Source: Paraspadella gotoi (Eukaryota > Animalia > Chaetognatha). Taken from it: a stretch of DNA of 63,825 nucleotides. Position numbers and translations under genes: made by a program. Shown here one piece after another: positions 39,356 to 52,374 of the stretch. The stretch lies in contig CM119271.1 of the NCBI GenBank assembly GCA_051294375.1, positions 5,317,537 through 5,381,361 of the forward strand, read 5' to 3'. Numbering within the stretch: position 1 is the first letter of the stretch; each line of letters begins with the position of its first letter. The notes beneath the pieces were generated by a model. That model was not told the origin of the DNA and ran no database searches. It was given only the letters and a program-made list of their open reading frames with translations.

Positions 39356-39819
39356 GGAATCAACTTGGCCGATCAAATCAATCGTTTGCATATCGCGAAG
39401 TCTGAAGATCTTCAGGAGCGATCATTGAGAAAAAGCGGTAGTGGATGCCCTCACCGCTTCTCCTGCTTTCACTTCACGTTTTTCTGGGGATTCGTGGATG
39501 CTCGACTACGCCGTCAAGTTCTCGTCTTGGTCGCAGCGTCAGAAAAACCGCCTTTGCTTTGCGCCGTGTTGGGAAACCTTTGCGTTTTGAAGGGCCTTCA
39601 ACGCAATCTGCGCGAAAAGCATTCCTCGAATCTACTTAGTCGATATTCAATCGACGGCGGATCGCCTCATTCGCCTAATTCAAATCAATATTTCGGTTCT
39701 GAGATGGAATTTCTACATGAAAATTCGATCACGGCTCCTAACTTCGAAAGGATTGAAATTTAAAAATTCGCCTCTTTCGTAAGTTGTCTCTTTCGTCGAC
39801 TGCGGGGGGAAGATGCGCG

Positions 39820-40990
39820 TCGGCCGGCCGACTTGGCAATGCGGGCGACGCTTCTTCGAGGCGAAACATCCGATCATTTTTTGCCTACGGAGACGATCTA
39901 GTTCGCGCCTTATCCGAGATGGTACATAAGACCGAGGTCATGCGGGGATTGAGCAAACCTGCAGCGAGATTCGGCGCAAGTTTTGGATCCTCGGGACGTC
40001 AAGCTGTCCGTCGAGTCCTCAAAAATGCGTCTACTGCCAAAAAAGCCTCAAGCCACCGGAACACAGAAAATGGCGCCTCTTCCGATCTACAGGACGCCCC
40101 GCGGCCGCCATTCGGGAATGTCGGCGTCGATGCGCTCGGGCCGCTTCGACATAAAAATCGACGAGCTCGACATAAGCGCTGGGTGGCGCTTTTTACCTGT
40201 CCTACTCTCGCGCCGTTCATCTCGAGGAGTTATTTTCTCTCTCGACCTCTTCCTTCATCAATTGCCTTCGATGCCGAGGAAAGGAGGCGGCGATACGGCA
40301 TCTCTTCAGCGATAACGCAACAATTTCAAAGGTCCGACAAAGCTTCTGCGCGATGCTATTCAAGGAGTGGAAACCGCGATCATGATAAAAATTCCATCGT
40401 CTTGGCTTCGACTGGGACTTCGCGCGCCTCTCACGCCGCATTATGGCGGTGTTGGGAAAGTTGGTCCGCTCGGCAAAGCGGCATCTTTATGCATTACTTG
40501 GTAACCGGCGCTTTCGATGGAGACGTTTCGCACCGTCATCACCGGCGCGAGGGAATAATCAACCGCGACCTTACGCGATTAAGCAGCGATGCTAAAGACC
40601 TTCTACCTTTGACGCAGCTGACATCTATATCGGGGATTCGCGATCGGAACGACGCCGTAGTCTTACCACCGGCTTCCGTCTTCCGCGATTCATTGCGTTT
40701 GGAGTATAAGCAAGCGTGGGATTTGACTGTCAATTCGAGCGTCGCTTTCTCCGCCGACTATTTACCTAGTCTCCAACGCGCGAACGTTGGCAAACAAGCT
40801 TCCGGATCTCAAGGTCGGCCAGCTCGTTCTACTTGTTGACGAAACCAAGGCCAGGAGCGAGTGGAGGCTTGGCGTCATAGAAAGCGTGCATGGCGACGAC
40901 AACGCACGTGCGACGCGCGTTCGTGCGGACCGCGAATGGAAAAATCTTCGAGCGAGATCGATCTAAGATCGTTCGTTTTTTGAATTAGAT
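39820..40990 (+). pseudogene. pol: BEL/Pao integrase and C-terminal (DUF5641-like) domain remnant
   Basis: Motifs PFGNVGVDALGP, KRWVALFTC, EGIINRDLT, YLPSLQR, LLVDETKARSEWRLGVIESVHGDD and VRTANGKIFERDRSKI. Confidence 0.9.
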
Positions 40991-43887
40991 GAGTGAAAGT
41001 AAAAAAATATTAGTACCTCATCCCTCAAAGATCTGTACTCTTTGTGACTATTTTTCCATTTTATTGCTTTGCACGACCAAAATTTTTGATAGAGGCTTTG
41101 GCCCAAAGCGAGATTCGTTTTTCCCATATGCTTGATTTCGCTTCGGCCGAATTTTCCCCCATAGGGACGCACTAACAGAAATTCAGATTAAATGTTTTTC
41201 AGATTGAATTTTTTTTGATTTTTTATTTTTTACTGTTTAAGACAATGTTTTCTTCAAGATTCTGTTTGTTTTGGTTAGTACTATATTTAAGAATTTATTT
41301 TATTATTTTAAGTGCTGGAAGTAGGGTTTTTAAAGAAAAATATTTTATTTTTTTATTTCGATTTTCGTAAGTGCGATCCCTACTCGAAAATTTTTTCTTC
41401 AGATTTGACAGTAAAAAATGAAAATTTTAAATTATCGAATTCGTTTAATTATTTATGTACGAATTTCACAGTGTACAGTAAGTTCAAATTGGATTTTGGG
41501 TACAGTCGTAATCGTTTAATCCATTTTTTATTTTGTTTATTCGGTTTTCAGCGTACGTCAACACACGGGCTGTTCTATTTTTGAAAGTTCGCGACCTTAG
41601 TGTATTTTTATGAAAAAAGAAAAAATAATATTTTTTATTGCATTTTATGGGTTTTAATTACGGGCGTTGCGGTTTTGTCGCCTCGTCTTTGTTTTCTCCC
41701 TTTTTTCTCAGTTTTTAGTACCGATTTGCGAGGACGAAACTTTATTTTAGAAATTCAAAGCTCATGATGCAGGCTTCCACCAGTTCTCAGGTGTCGTCTG
41801 GGTGGCAACATTCCGCGTGCCGAGGACAGGCATCGTCCCTGTCTTTCATGCCGTCCGCTCAGTGATGGACGCTTCAAGCGACTCGTCGTCGTCATCCGCC
41901 GACGGGAACCTTCAAGTAGAAATCCGGCGGACCTCGACGTGAAAGGAACTCCGGAAGGTTTGGGGAAGTTGAGGACAGGATCTGTTCTTTTTCGGCCCCG
42001 CCCGAAGTAGACAGGTTCTTGAATGCGCTCAGGGTGTCAGGCATGTTCAAGTCCTTAATTCAATGAGTCCCGCTTCGGTGGGATGGGACGAACTTGCCGA
42101 TCGATTGGATCTCTCGCTCAATCGAGAGCCACGTGATGACGGATTTTGAATCCATGACAGACTGCGAGCGTGAACCGCAGGCTCTTCGGCCGCGCCGCCT
42201 GCCCGCAAGGAGACGACGACGCGAGAGCCATCCTCTTCTTCTGAAGACGGTGCAGACCCCGCGCCTCCCCAGCGCAAATCAAGGGNNNNNNNNNNNNNNN
42301 NNNNNNNNNNGTCGGCCTCGCCCGCTCCTTTTTAGGAATCCTTTTATCAGGACTATCATTTGTTGTTTGGTCTCGGTGTTCTCTCTTTCTATCTCCATCA
42401 GACTCCTTTCCAGTCTCTTTCTTTTTATTTNNNNNNNNNNNNNNNNNNNNNNNNNNNNNNNNNNNNNNNNNNNNNNNNNNNNNNNNNNNNNNNNNNNNNN
42501 NNNNNNNNNNNNNNNNNNNNNNNNNNNNNNNNNNNNNNNNNNNNNNNNNNNNNNNNNNNNNNNNNNNNNNNNNNNNNNNNNNNNNNNNNNNNNNNNNNNN
42601 NNNNNNNNNNNNNNNNNNNNNNNNNNNNNNNNNNNNNNNNNNNNNNNNNNNNNNNNNNNNATCGCTAATTACGCCGACGACTTTTAAAAATACAATTCAA
42701 AACAAGAAAGAAGGAATGATGTCTCTCTAAATTCAAAACAGATGGCTAGATTAATAGATAGATATATAGATATATAGATAGATAGATAGATAGATAGATA
42801 GATTTATAGATAGATAGATAGATAGATAGATAGTTTAATAGATAGACTAATAGCGAAACTGTGTCTGAGTGAATATTAAACCCCGAAGAAGAGCAGCTGC
42901 TGCTTTTGACCTTGAGTCTACCGGGACAATAATACGACGACGACGACGACGACGACGATGAAGTCGGTAATGATGATTTCTTTCTCGCCAATCAAAAAGC
43001 CCCGGACAGCACAGAGATGCATCGTCTGTCGATTTTAATTTTAAAACTTCAGTAACTTGATGCAGTTGAAAAATTTTGATTTGTTTTCTAATCTTTCGAT
43101 GTCTTCAGTGTATGGATTGAGGATTTGAACATCAATTTCTGAAAACACAATGAAACTTTCACCCTATATGTTGGGTAGAACTATTAACCAATATGAAAAT
43201 TAGATATTTCTAAAAAAANNNNNNNNNNNNNNNNNNNNNNNNNNNNNNNNNNNNNNNNNNNNNNNNNNNNNNNNNNNNNNNNNNNNNNNNNNNNNNNNNN
43301 NNNNNNNNNNNNNNNNNNNNNNNNNNNNNNNNNNNNNNNNNNNNNNNNNNNNNNNNNNNNNNNNNNNNNNNNNNNNNNNNNNNNNNNNNNNNNNNNNNNN
43401 NNNNNNNNNNNNNNNNNNNNNNNNNNNNNNNNNNNNNNNNNNNNNNNNNNNNNNNNNNNNNNNNNNNNNNNNNNNNNNNNNNNNNNNNNNNNNNNNNNNN
43501 NNNNNNNNNNNNNNNNNNNNNNNNNNNNNNNNNNNNNNNNNNNNNNNNNNNNNNNNNNNNNNNNNNNNNNNNNNNNNNNNNNNNNNNNNNNNNNNNNNNN
43601 NNNNNNNNNNNNNNNNNNNNNNNNNNNNNNNNNNNNNNNNNNNNNNNNNNNNNNNNNNNNNNNNNNNNNNNNNNNNNNNNNNNNNNNNNNNNNNNNNNNN
43701 NNNNNNNNNNNNNNNNNNNNNNNNNNNNNNNNNNNNNNNNNNNNNNNNNNNNNNNNNNNNNNNNNNNNNNNNNNNNNNNNNNNNNNNNNNNNNNNNNNNN
43801 NNAGAGCGAGTTCGTCGTTTCGTCTGACGCAATCGGAGGCCATTAAAAAGCTGACGACGCCATTGACGCTGCCGACCGGAAAGAGAA

Positions 43888-44132
43888 GAGGTGAGGACTG
43901 ATAGCGAGGAAAGAAGGAAAGGAAAGGAAAGATGTGAGGAATGATAGCAAGGAAAGAAAGAAAAGGAGGAAAAGAAAGAGGTGAAGACTGATAGAGAGGA
44001 AAGAAGGAAAGGAAGGAAAGGAAAGAGGTGAAGACTGATAGTGAGAAAAGAAGGAAAGATGTGAGGACTGATAGTGAGGAAAGAAGGAAAGGAAAGGAAA
44101 GAGGTGAAGACCGATAGTGAGGAAAGAAGGAA
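43888..44132. repeat. Purine-rich minisatellite, ~40-bp degenerate unit
   Basis: Recurrent ga(g/t)gtga(a/g)gactgatag(t/c)gaggaaagaaggaaa, about 6 copies. Confidence 0.8.
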
Positions 44133-44499
44133 AAGGCGGAAGTGGAGGAAAGAAATAAGATAGGTAAGTTAAAGAGGAAGGAAACAAGAAGATAAGTAGT
44201 AGAAAGAAAAGGAGGAAAGAAGAGAATGAAAAAGAAAAAAGAAAAGTGGAAAAAAAGAAGAGAAGGAAATAAAAAAGAGAAATGAAAGACAGAAAAAAAT
44301 ACAGAAAATGACAGAAAAAATAAGAAGAAAATGATCTCCATAGAAGTTATAACTGATTTGTGAACGAAATTAAACTTAGTAACTCTCGTTGCTAGGTATA
44401 TGAGCAAAGATCTATCTATCTATTCGTTTTGAAGCAGAGATAAAATTAGGTCAACTTGGACACTTCCCCCCCCCCCGAATCACGTCTTTGGAATTTGGA

Positions 44500-44876
44500 C
44501 AAACTTTCTTCGCACGAACGCAAACTCGTACGACTTCCGGTACGACCGACCGACCGTACGCCCGTACGCCCGTCGTAACGATGACGAATACGTTGCTGTC
44601 GACGAAAACCGGAAGTGACGAGGGGAATCGCGATGCGCGTTGGCGAGGGGGGGGGGAAATTACGTGCGAACACGTAATAGAACATGTAATAGAGCATGCA
44701 ATAGAACAGCGACAGCGACTGAAAAAAATCATTTGACAAATTATTCGTTTATTGTTTCTGTTCGTTTATGATAAATGGTAGAGTCGAAACTAATATCGTA
44801 ATAGATAATTAATTAATTGTTTCCTCTCGCCTTTAAAGACTAAAATAAGGAGAACGACAGCGGCGACGAGAGGAAA

Positions 44877-44922
<46 letters not shown>

Positions 44923-45200
44923 TTGGAAAAGTTGACGTGACGAAAAAGTGGGTTTCCATGGAAACGGCGTCGGGGTCACGTGACTCAGAAATTCGATTTC
45001 ATTCCGAGTCGACGCAGAAACGAACGCCGGCCCGAGAACGACGGACCCCGGCCGCCGAGCCTTTCCGGAGAAAATGGCGTGTGACCGCGCGGCGTCTTCG
45101 ACTCGAGGAAATTGGGTCACGTGACTCACCGGGTCAGGCGACCATTCACCCGAGCGAAGAGGATCTTTGAGAGACAAGTATTGCCCGGGTTGACGTGGGA
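44500..45200. promoter_or_regulatory. CpG-rich promoter-like island with X-box, E-boxes, ETS and YY1-like motifs
   Basis: GTTTCCATGGAAAC at 44952-44965, GTCACGTGAC at 44975-44984 and 45116-45125, ACTTCCGG at 44533, CCGGAAGT at 44609 and AAAATGGCG near 45071. Confidence 0.4.
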
Positions 45201-46639
45201 TCGATCATTCTTTATCTTTAGTCGCTCGCTTGGCTTGCCCGCTTGATGCCGATCTTTGCCGAGTTCTTTCTCTCTTTCTTTTTTTTTTTTTTTTTTGCTT
45301 TCCTTTCCTTTCTTCCTCTCCTTCCTCCTTTTCAGTCAATCATGATTCCATTGACTCTTCCTCACTTCCTCCCTTCAATCTATTTTTTTCCTCCGTTCGA
45401 TCCGCGACTGAATTCAATTTCTTTTTTTTTTTCCCCCTTTTTTTGTTATCATTTTTCCTTTTGTTAGTTTTTCTTTTCACTTTCTCGCTTTTAGGCGCCA
45501 TTTTTTTTGTCAGTCTCCCTTTCTCTCTTTTTTTCTTTCCTTCTCTTCTCACTTTTTTTCCCTTTCCTCCCTTTTCTCTTCCTGTTTAAGTTTTTTCCCG
45601 TCATACTTTTCCTCTGTCATCTTCCTCCCTTTTCTCCTTATACTCCTCCTTTTCCTTTTTCTCCATTTTTTTCTTCTTTTGCTTTTTCTCCCTTTTCTTT
45701 TTCTTTTTCCTTCTTTTCCTACTTCTTTTGCCTTTCCTTCTTTTCTTCTTACTTTTCCTTTTTCATACCTTTCCTCCTATTTATCCCTTTTCCTCTCTTT
45801 TCTCCTTCTTTTCCTTTTTTATACCTTTCCTCCTCCTTTTTCCTACCTTTATACCTACTTTTTCCTCCATTTCTTCCTTCTTTTGACTTTCCTTCCTTTT
45901 CTCCTTATTTTCCTTTTTCTCCTCTTCCTCTTAATTTTTTTTCTCCCTTTCCTCCTTCTTTTCTTTCTTCCTTCCTTTCTTCCTACTTTTCTTTTTTCCT
46001 CCTTTTCCTCTTACTTTTCCTTTTTTCTTCTTACCCCTTCCTTTCCCTTTTCTTCTCTCTCCTCCTACTTTTCCTTTTCTTCATTTTCCTCCTTCTTTTT
46101 CCTTTCCTCCTTTTTCTTCTTACTTTTCCTTTTCCTCCCCTTTCTCTTACTTTTTCTCCTTTTCCTCCTTCTTTTCTTTCCATTTCCTCCTTCTTTTCCC
46201 TTTCCTCCCTTTCCTCCCAATTTTCTTTTTTTCTCCCTCCCTTCCTTTCCTTCTTCGATCTCCCCCTCTATATCGACTCGTTTTTTTTAGGTTTATTTTA
46301 CTTCCAACTTCTTTTTTTTTTAATCTTAACTCTTTTTTTTTTTCGTTTCACCTCTTTTCGTCCTTCGAACTTTTTAGCTTCTTTCCTCTTCTCTTCTCTC
46401 CCCTCTCTCTATCTCCCTCTCCTCTCTCCCTCTCCTCTCTCCCCCTCTCTCCCCCTCCCCTCTCCCGGCCTCAATCGAAATCTGATAAGCTTTTCATCGT
46501 CGTCCTCGTCATCTCCATCGTCGTCGCTATCGTCGTCGTCGTCGTCGACATATTCTCATCGTCGTCTTTATCGTCGTCGTCGTTCTTATCAGCGTCGTCA
46601 TCGACTTGGTCGTCATCTACAAAGTAGACCTTCACTTCA

Positions 46640-46677
<38 letters not shown>

Positions 46678-47216
46678 TTGTGCTCGCAGCACTAACTTTA
46701 TCGATTGTTGATGGAAATGAAAACAAATATTTTTTTTTCTTAACTCATTTAAGAAAAAAGTCGATTTTTTTTAGGAAGAGTGAAAATGGAGGTGGGGTAG
46801 CTAGATATGGGGGTGGCGTAGCTAGAGATGGGCGTGGAAATCGAGAGATGGCGCTTCCCCCCTTTTTCCCCCTCCTAATTCGCCAGATTTTAAATGCGCC
46901 GAGTGGGGAGGGAGCTTATTTCTCTCGGGAGGTGGCGAAGTTAATTATTTTTTAACCCTTCTTTTTTTGGCGAGCGAAAGTATTAAAGATTTTACTTAAA
47001 AGTGAAAAAAAAACATGTATACGCGATGAAAAAAAAGTTTTTCATGGCAAAAATGAGCTAACTACTATTTCAAGAATTTCAAGAAAAAAAAAATATCGAG
47101 AAGAAAATACGAAAGTTATTTTCGGAACAAAACTCGTTGGCTTTTACATTTTGCATTACTCCCAAAGGGAATGTTCCAAAAAGGGGAAAAAACCATATTT
47201 CTATACGAAAGAGAAA

Positions 47217-47255
<39 letters not shown>

Positions 47256-47896
47256 GCTATCGCCAAAGAATCTACTCAGAAAATTAATGAAATAATAAAA
47301 TGTCAATAACGTTGCATCTCAAAAGACTACCTTCCCAAAAAAAAAAAATAAATAAATAGATAAATGAAAAAACAATAAACCAAAAACTATAAAAACATCC
47401 ATCGGACTCAGTTGATTAACCGCGTTGGAATTCTCCCCATCTATTTCGTTATTTCCGTCACTCGCAGAAACCGAACGACTCGAAATAACGAAGCCACGCC
47501 TACCCGCGCGCGGGCAGCACGGGCAGCCCGTCCGCCGGGCCTCCTTCCTCATTCGCCTCACGCGCCAAATCAATAAAATATTAATTTTTAATTCTATCAC
47601 TCGAGGGGGAAGAGGGCAGAACGGACCCTTCGTGACGAGAGACGGTACAAGCGTTTTGAGGACAGTCGACACGGATGGCGACACATTTTCATTAACATTT
47701 TAATTCACACAAATTTGTACGAATTTTAGTTTTAACCTTGCAGTGTGAAGTAGGAATAGTAATAACTGTTTAATATTCGAAATATTAATAATAAATAATT
47801 ATCTTGACTATATCTTTCGGCCAAGTCGACATCTCAGCTGCCAGGCCGCAGAGAACAAGACACTTGTGCCCTTTAGTCACTCTTGTTGTGAAAATT

Positions 47897-47941
<45 letters not shown>

Positions 47942-48809
47942 TCCTTGTTAATCCTCGACAGGAATTTCGAAGGTTTTCAGGCCAACAGCTAATGATTCTC
48001 TCTCTGCCCACTGACAGTTCCGCCTGGAGAATAAAGAAGGGNNNNNNNNNNNNNNNNNNNNNNNNNNNNNNNNNNNNNNNNNNNNNNNNNNNNNNNNNNN
48101 NNNNNNNNNNNNNNNNNNNNNNNNNNNNNNNNNNNNNNNNNNNNNNNNNNNNNNNNNNNNNNNNNNNNNNNNNNNNNNNNNNNNNNNNNNNNNNNNNNNN
48201 NNNNNNNNNNNNNNNNNNNNNNNNNNNNNNNNNNNNNNNNNNNNNNNNNNNNNNNNNNNNNNNNNNNNNNNNNNNNNNNNNNNNNNNNNNNNNNNNNNNN
48301 NNNNNNTGAATTTGAAAGAAAGAACGGAACAGACAATTTAATATACCATCTGCTCTCTACAAGCTTAACTCATTAATTTAAATTAATCACCGGACCTTAT
48401 AAGTATGGAATATTTGTACATTTGTTTCTCGGGACATCTCCTATTGACTGAGTGATACTAAAATATCCAAGTTTTACATCATTCAGGGGCATTTGAGCGT
48501 AAGTGCGATAGCGAAATTGACAGACAGACTGACTGACTGATAAAGTTGCTCACCGAGATATAAAGGTAAGGCGGAGAGACGGATGAATTTTAACGAGTGA
48601 CAAAAACAGACAAGTGGACGGATTTTAAGGAAAAAACGATGAGAGGGGAAAAACGAAACCGACAGGATGCGCGACTAGGAGATCAGAGAGAAAAGCGAAA
48701 ATGCGAGGAATAAATATGCGGAAATGGGGAAAAAAAATTCCTGCAAGAGTTATGCCACCTTTTCTTGGCTGCATCGGACCTATGAACTGGTCTCCGCAGG
48801 TGAAAGGTG

Positions 48810-48842
<33 letters not shown>

Positions 48843-49158
48843 AGAGGAGAGTAAAGAAAAAAAATCACGGTTAAGTTCTGAATGGCAGTTCAAAACCGTC
48901 GAGGGAAGTTTCCTTCTCGGTCGCGTTGAAGCTCTGCGGACGAAAAAACGCTTTAGTCGAGAGAGATCTTCGTGAGGTTTGCTGCGTTTTAGCTTGAGCA
49001 AGTATTTTCAGTTAGTGAGGTCAAAAAAAAGCGCTTTGGTTTCTGCAGAATTGTTTTTTTGGTTGAGGTGAAAGATGCTTTTGGTGTTGAATCGCGAGGG
49101 CAGAGGGGTAAAAAAAGCTTGAGAGAGAGGAGATTGAGAGCAGTAGAGAGAGAGAGTT

Positions 49159-49192
<34 letters not shown>

Positions 49193-51050
49193 GAGAGAGA
49201 GCCAGAGAGACTGAGGAGAGAGAGATGTGGGAATAGCCGTACTGAGGAGATAGGCGAGAGAAGGGGGGAGGAAGGGGGGGAGAAGTTTATAAGGCATTCG
49301 GGCGCCATCCTGTTTTATCAAATAAAGTTGCCTGATTTCTTCTTCTTTTTTTGTTTTATTTATGTGGTTGTGTTGTGGTGTGTGTCGTCGTGCGAGCGTA
49401 TTTGTATTTTTTTTTTTGCGATGATTCGCAGTCGGTTGTTGAATAACAGATAATGGGAGACAGAGACAGAGGGGGGGAGAGAGAGAGAGAGAGAGAGGAG
49501 AAAGAGAGAGAAGAGAAGATGAGAGGCAGAAGAGAAGAAGAGAGAGAGTACCCGGGAAACGGGCAACGAATGCGACGATAATAATCCTCGGCCGATTGCA
49601 TTCAGCTGGCGCCTTCATCGCGGTTTCGCCATCTGCAATAAAAACTCGAGTAAATATTAAAAAATAAAAGCGCAAAGGAAAAAAAAAAGAAGATAATATT
49701 GATAAAAAAAAAACGCGAAGAAAAAAAAAAGATATCGCGACGACGAAACTATTTTGGAAGAGGAAAACTCTGGAAAGAAAGATCGCAAAGAGAGAAGTGA
49801 AAGGCGAAAGCAAAGTGGAAAGAAAGAAGAGTTGAATTGGAAAGAGAAAGACAAAAAAAAATTGTTAGAAAGAAATCCACTCGTCAAGAAAGATCAAAAA
49901 AAAAAAAACCCATGAAATAGTGTTAAAGAAAACAATCCCGAAAGAAAGAAATGAAAAGCCAAAAGAAGGAATAAACCGAGGGATAAAAAAAGAAAAGAAA
50001 GAAAGAGAGAAGACGTTGAGGTAAATTCTATGTTTTGACGCCGAGAGGCTCAGGGCTTCTTTTCTTCTTCTTGTTCCGTTTCGACCTTCTTTTCTTTTTC
50101 ACCCTTTTGTTGTTCTCAGTCTTTCATTCATTCATTCATTCATACATTCATTCATTCATTTATTCAATCATTCATTCATTTATTCATTCATTCATTCATT
50201 CATTCATTCATTCATTCATTCATTCATTCATTCATTCATTCATTCATCCTTTTCTCCTTTTTGATAATCCTTTTCTTCTTCCTCTTTTTCCTTTTTCTTC
50301 ATCGCTTAATCAGTCATATTCCTCTTCTCCTTGATCTTCTTCTCCCCTTTTCTCCTTTTTTTTCTTTTCTTATTCGTTATGTCATTTCCTCCTTTGTCCC
50401 CTACTTCTCTTTCCCGTTCATTCCTTCCTTATTTTTCTCTTCTCCTTCCCTGTCTCCATTAACCCTTCCTCTCTTAAGCTTCTTTCCTCCTTCTTTCCCT
50501 TCTTCTTTTTACCTTCTCTCGTCTCCCTTTATTTTTTCCCCTTCCTTTTTCCCTTCTCTCTTTCCTTCTCCTTTCTCTCTTCCTCTTTTTCCTTTTCCTT
50601 TCTCTCTTCCTCTCCTTTTTTCTCCTTCCTTCTCCTTTCTCTCTTTCTCTCCTTCCATCCTACTTTGTTTATCATCACAACCACAACGATTCCCCGACTC
50701 CTTTGATGATCCTCATAAAAAGAGGCGCTCGTTTTACGTGGGCGCCCAATGGGCTTTTTGACTGCCGGCGCCAAAAGGCTTTTTCGACATGGGCGCCCCA
50801 AGGAGAGGCTTTTCGCGGTGGGCGCCCAAAGGAGAGCGACATAAAAATGTTTTGGCGGCAGAGCGTCGTTATAAATTCATAATTTTAAGACAAAGAAAAA
50901 AAAAAAGAAAATGTTTTCAGCTGCCAAGAGGAAAATTATAATAAATATGTATAATATAAATATTAATTTTAATCAAGTTTGTCGTTGGTTGCTGAGAAAG
51001 AGATTATTGTATATTCCCCGATATAATACTTAAGGCAGCGGTATTTTTAT

Positions 51051-51258
51051 ACAATTGGAAATTTTTTTGGAGATATTATACCACTTCATTGATAGGGAAG
51101 TCAGGTTCTCTGGGAGTGAATAAACGGGACTGTAAGAGAGTCTTGATGGAAAGCTTGCTTGGACCTGTTATGTCATTATCTTGTTAGAGTATTGGAGGCC
51201 TTAAACTTATTTTTTAAATAGATGGACAATTTTTATATAATGGTGGTACTAATTTCAT
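51051..51258 (-). repeat. Interspersed repeat family A, copy c (inverted)
   Basis: ttgatagggaagtcagg, tatgtcattatcttgt, ggaggccttaaac and actaatttcat are reverse complements of family A blocks. Confidence 0.8.
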
Positions 51259-52223
51259 AAATACCATTGAAAAAAACTGTGAATTAAATATGGCATTAGA
51301 CAGACGGGTCTCACCAGTGAAAAAAAGAAGGATTTAGACGTTGCCGATTTTTGTGATAGTGTCACAGTTTCTTTAACATGAGTTTTTGATCGTTAAAAGT
51401 TCACATGTATTCAGTTATGGTGCTGTTTTTGATTTTCTGCTGATGTCTGCGTGAGACCATTTTTCAAGAGACCCATGAGTTTTCGCCGGTCAACGATGGA
51501 GCGCGAGAGGGAGCGATGCAGAGGATGCAGAGAGTCGCTGCAGCGCAGTAGCGTTCTCAGTCCGGAGGGCGTAATAGAGAAAAGTATTTGGCTGATGGAA
51601 AAAAATGGGGGAAAAAAAAGATTATTGACTTTTTTCCAAGCTGAAGTGGAAATGAAGGGGGAAAAAAAAGAGGGGAGAAAAATGAAGAAAAAGAAAAAAA
51701 AAGTGAGAGGACTAAGGAAAGGATATTTGGCGGGAAAAGGCTCAAAAAAGGAAAAGGCAACGAGTGTTTTTCAATATGATAAGTTTATAGAAAAGGAAGG
51801 ACGTAGATACTTTTTTTTGTAAGAAAAAACCCTTTGCGGTATGAGATGCCTTAAAAAAGAAGAAAAAGTTGAGACTCTGCTTCAACGTTTCTGACCTCCT
51901 GGTGAAATGGGAGAGAGAGAGAGAGNNNNNNNNNNNNNNNNNNNNNNNNNNNNNNNNNNNNNNNNNNNNNNNNNNNNNNNNNNNNNNNNNNNNNNNNNNN
52001 NNNNNNNNNNNNNNNNNNNNNNNNNNNNNNNNNNNNNNNNNNNNNNNNNNNNNNNNNNNNNNNNNNNNNNNAGAGAGAGAGAGAGAGAGAGAGAGGCAGA
52101 TAAATCGTCTTGGGTGGAAACAACAATCCACTTCTTCCTTGAGAACGAAGACTCAGAGAAAAATATGGAGTCGATTAAGAGAGAAACTCAACTTTCTTGG
52201 TTGAGAAGTGGAATTGTCTTTGA

Positions 52224-52350
52224 CGTCGTTATCACCGTCAAGGTCGCCTTCTGGAGAGACGTTATCATCATCAATATCACAGTCGTAGTTATCACCATCA
52301 AGGTCGCCTTCTGGAGAGACGTTATCATCATCAATATCACAGTCGTCGTC
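52224..52350. repeat. 60-bp tandem repeat, two copies
   Basis: gttatcacc(g/a)tcaaggtcgccttctggagagacgttatcatcatcaatatcacagtcgt occurs twice. Confidence 0.9.
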
Positions 52351-52374
52351 ATCATCGTCAACGAGCTCCGTTTA

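Larger units (their letters stand above)
32530..42285 (+). mobile_element. BEL/Pao LTR retrotransposon, frameshifted throughout; boundaries approximate, LTRs not identified
   Basis: A microsatellite-poor, CpG-rich block carries gag-PR-RT-RH-IN motifs in BEL/Pao order between ~34000 and ~40990 (see sub-features). Confidence 0.9.

Noticed and set aside
45507-46955. 482-aa F/S/L/P-rich ORF and similar long ORFs (6079-6915, 27217-27876, 55588-56253, 58081-58782)
   Set aside because: These are translations of pyrimidine/purine tracts and microsatellites that lack stop codons by composition, with no domain signal.
47468-49632. Isolated exon candidates (47468-47644 +, ~49551-49632 -; also ~27200-27250 +, ~22490-22622 -)
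   Set aside because: Splice-like signals are present, but there is no recognisable protein and no consistent multi-exon chain.
52224-52350. CRISPR-like repeat/spacer pattern (also 43888-44132, 50738-50835)
   Set aside because: These are tandem repeats without unique spacers in a eukaryotic context with no cas genes.
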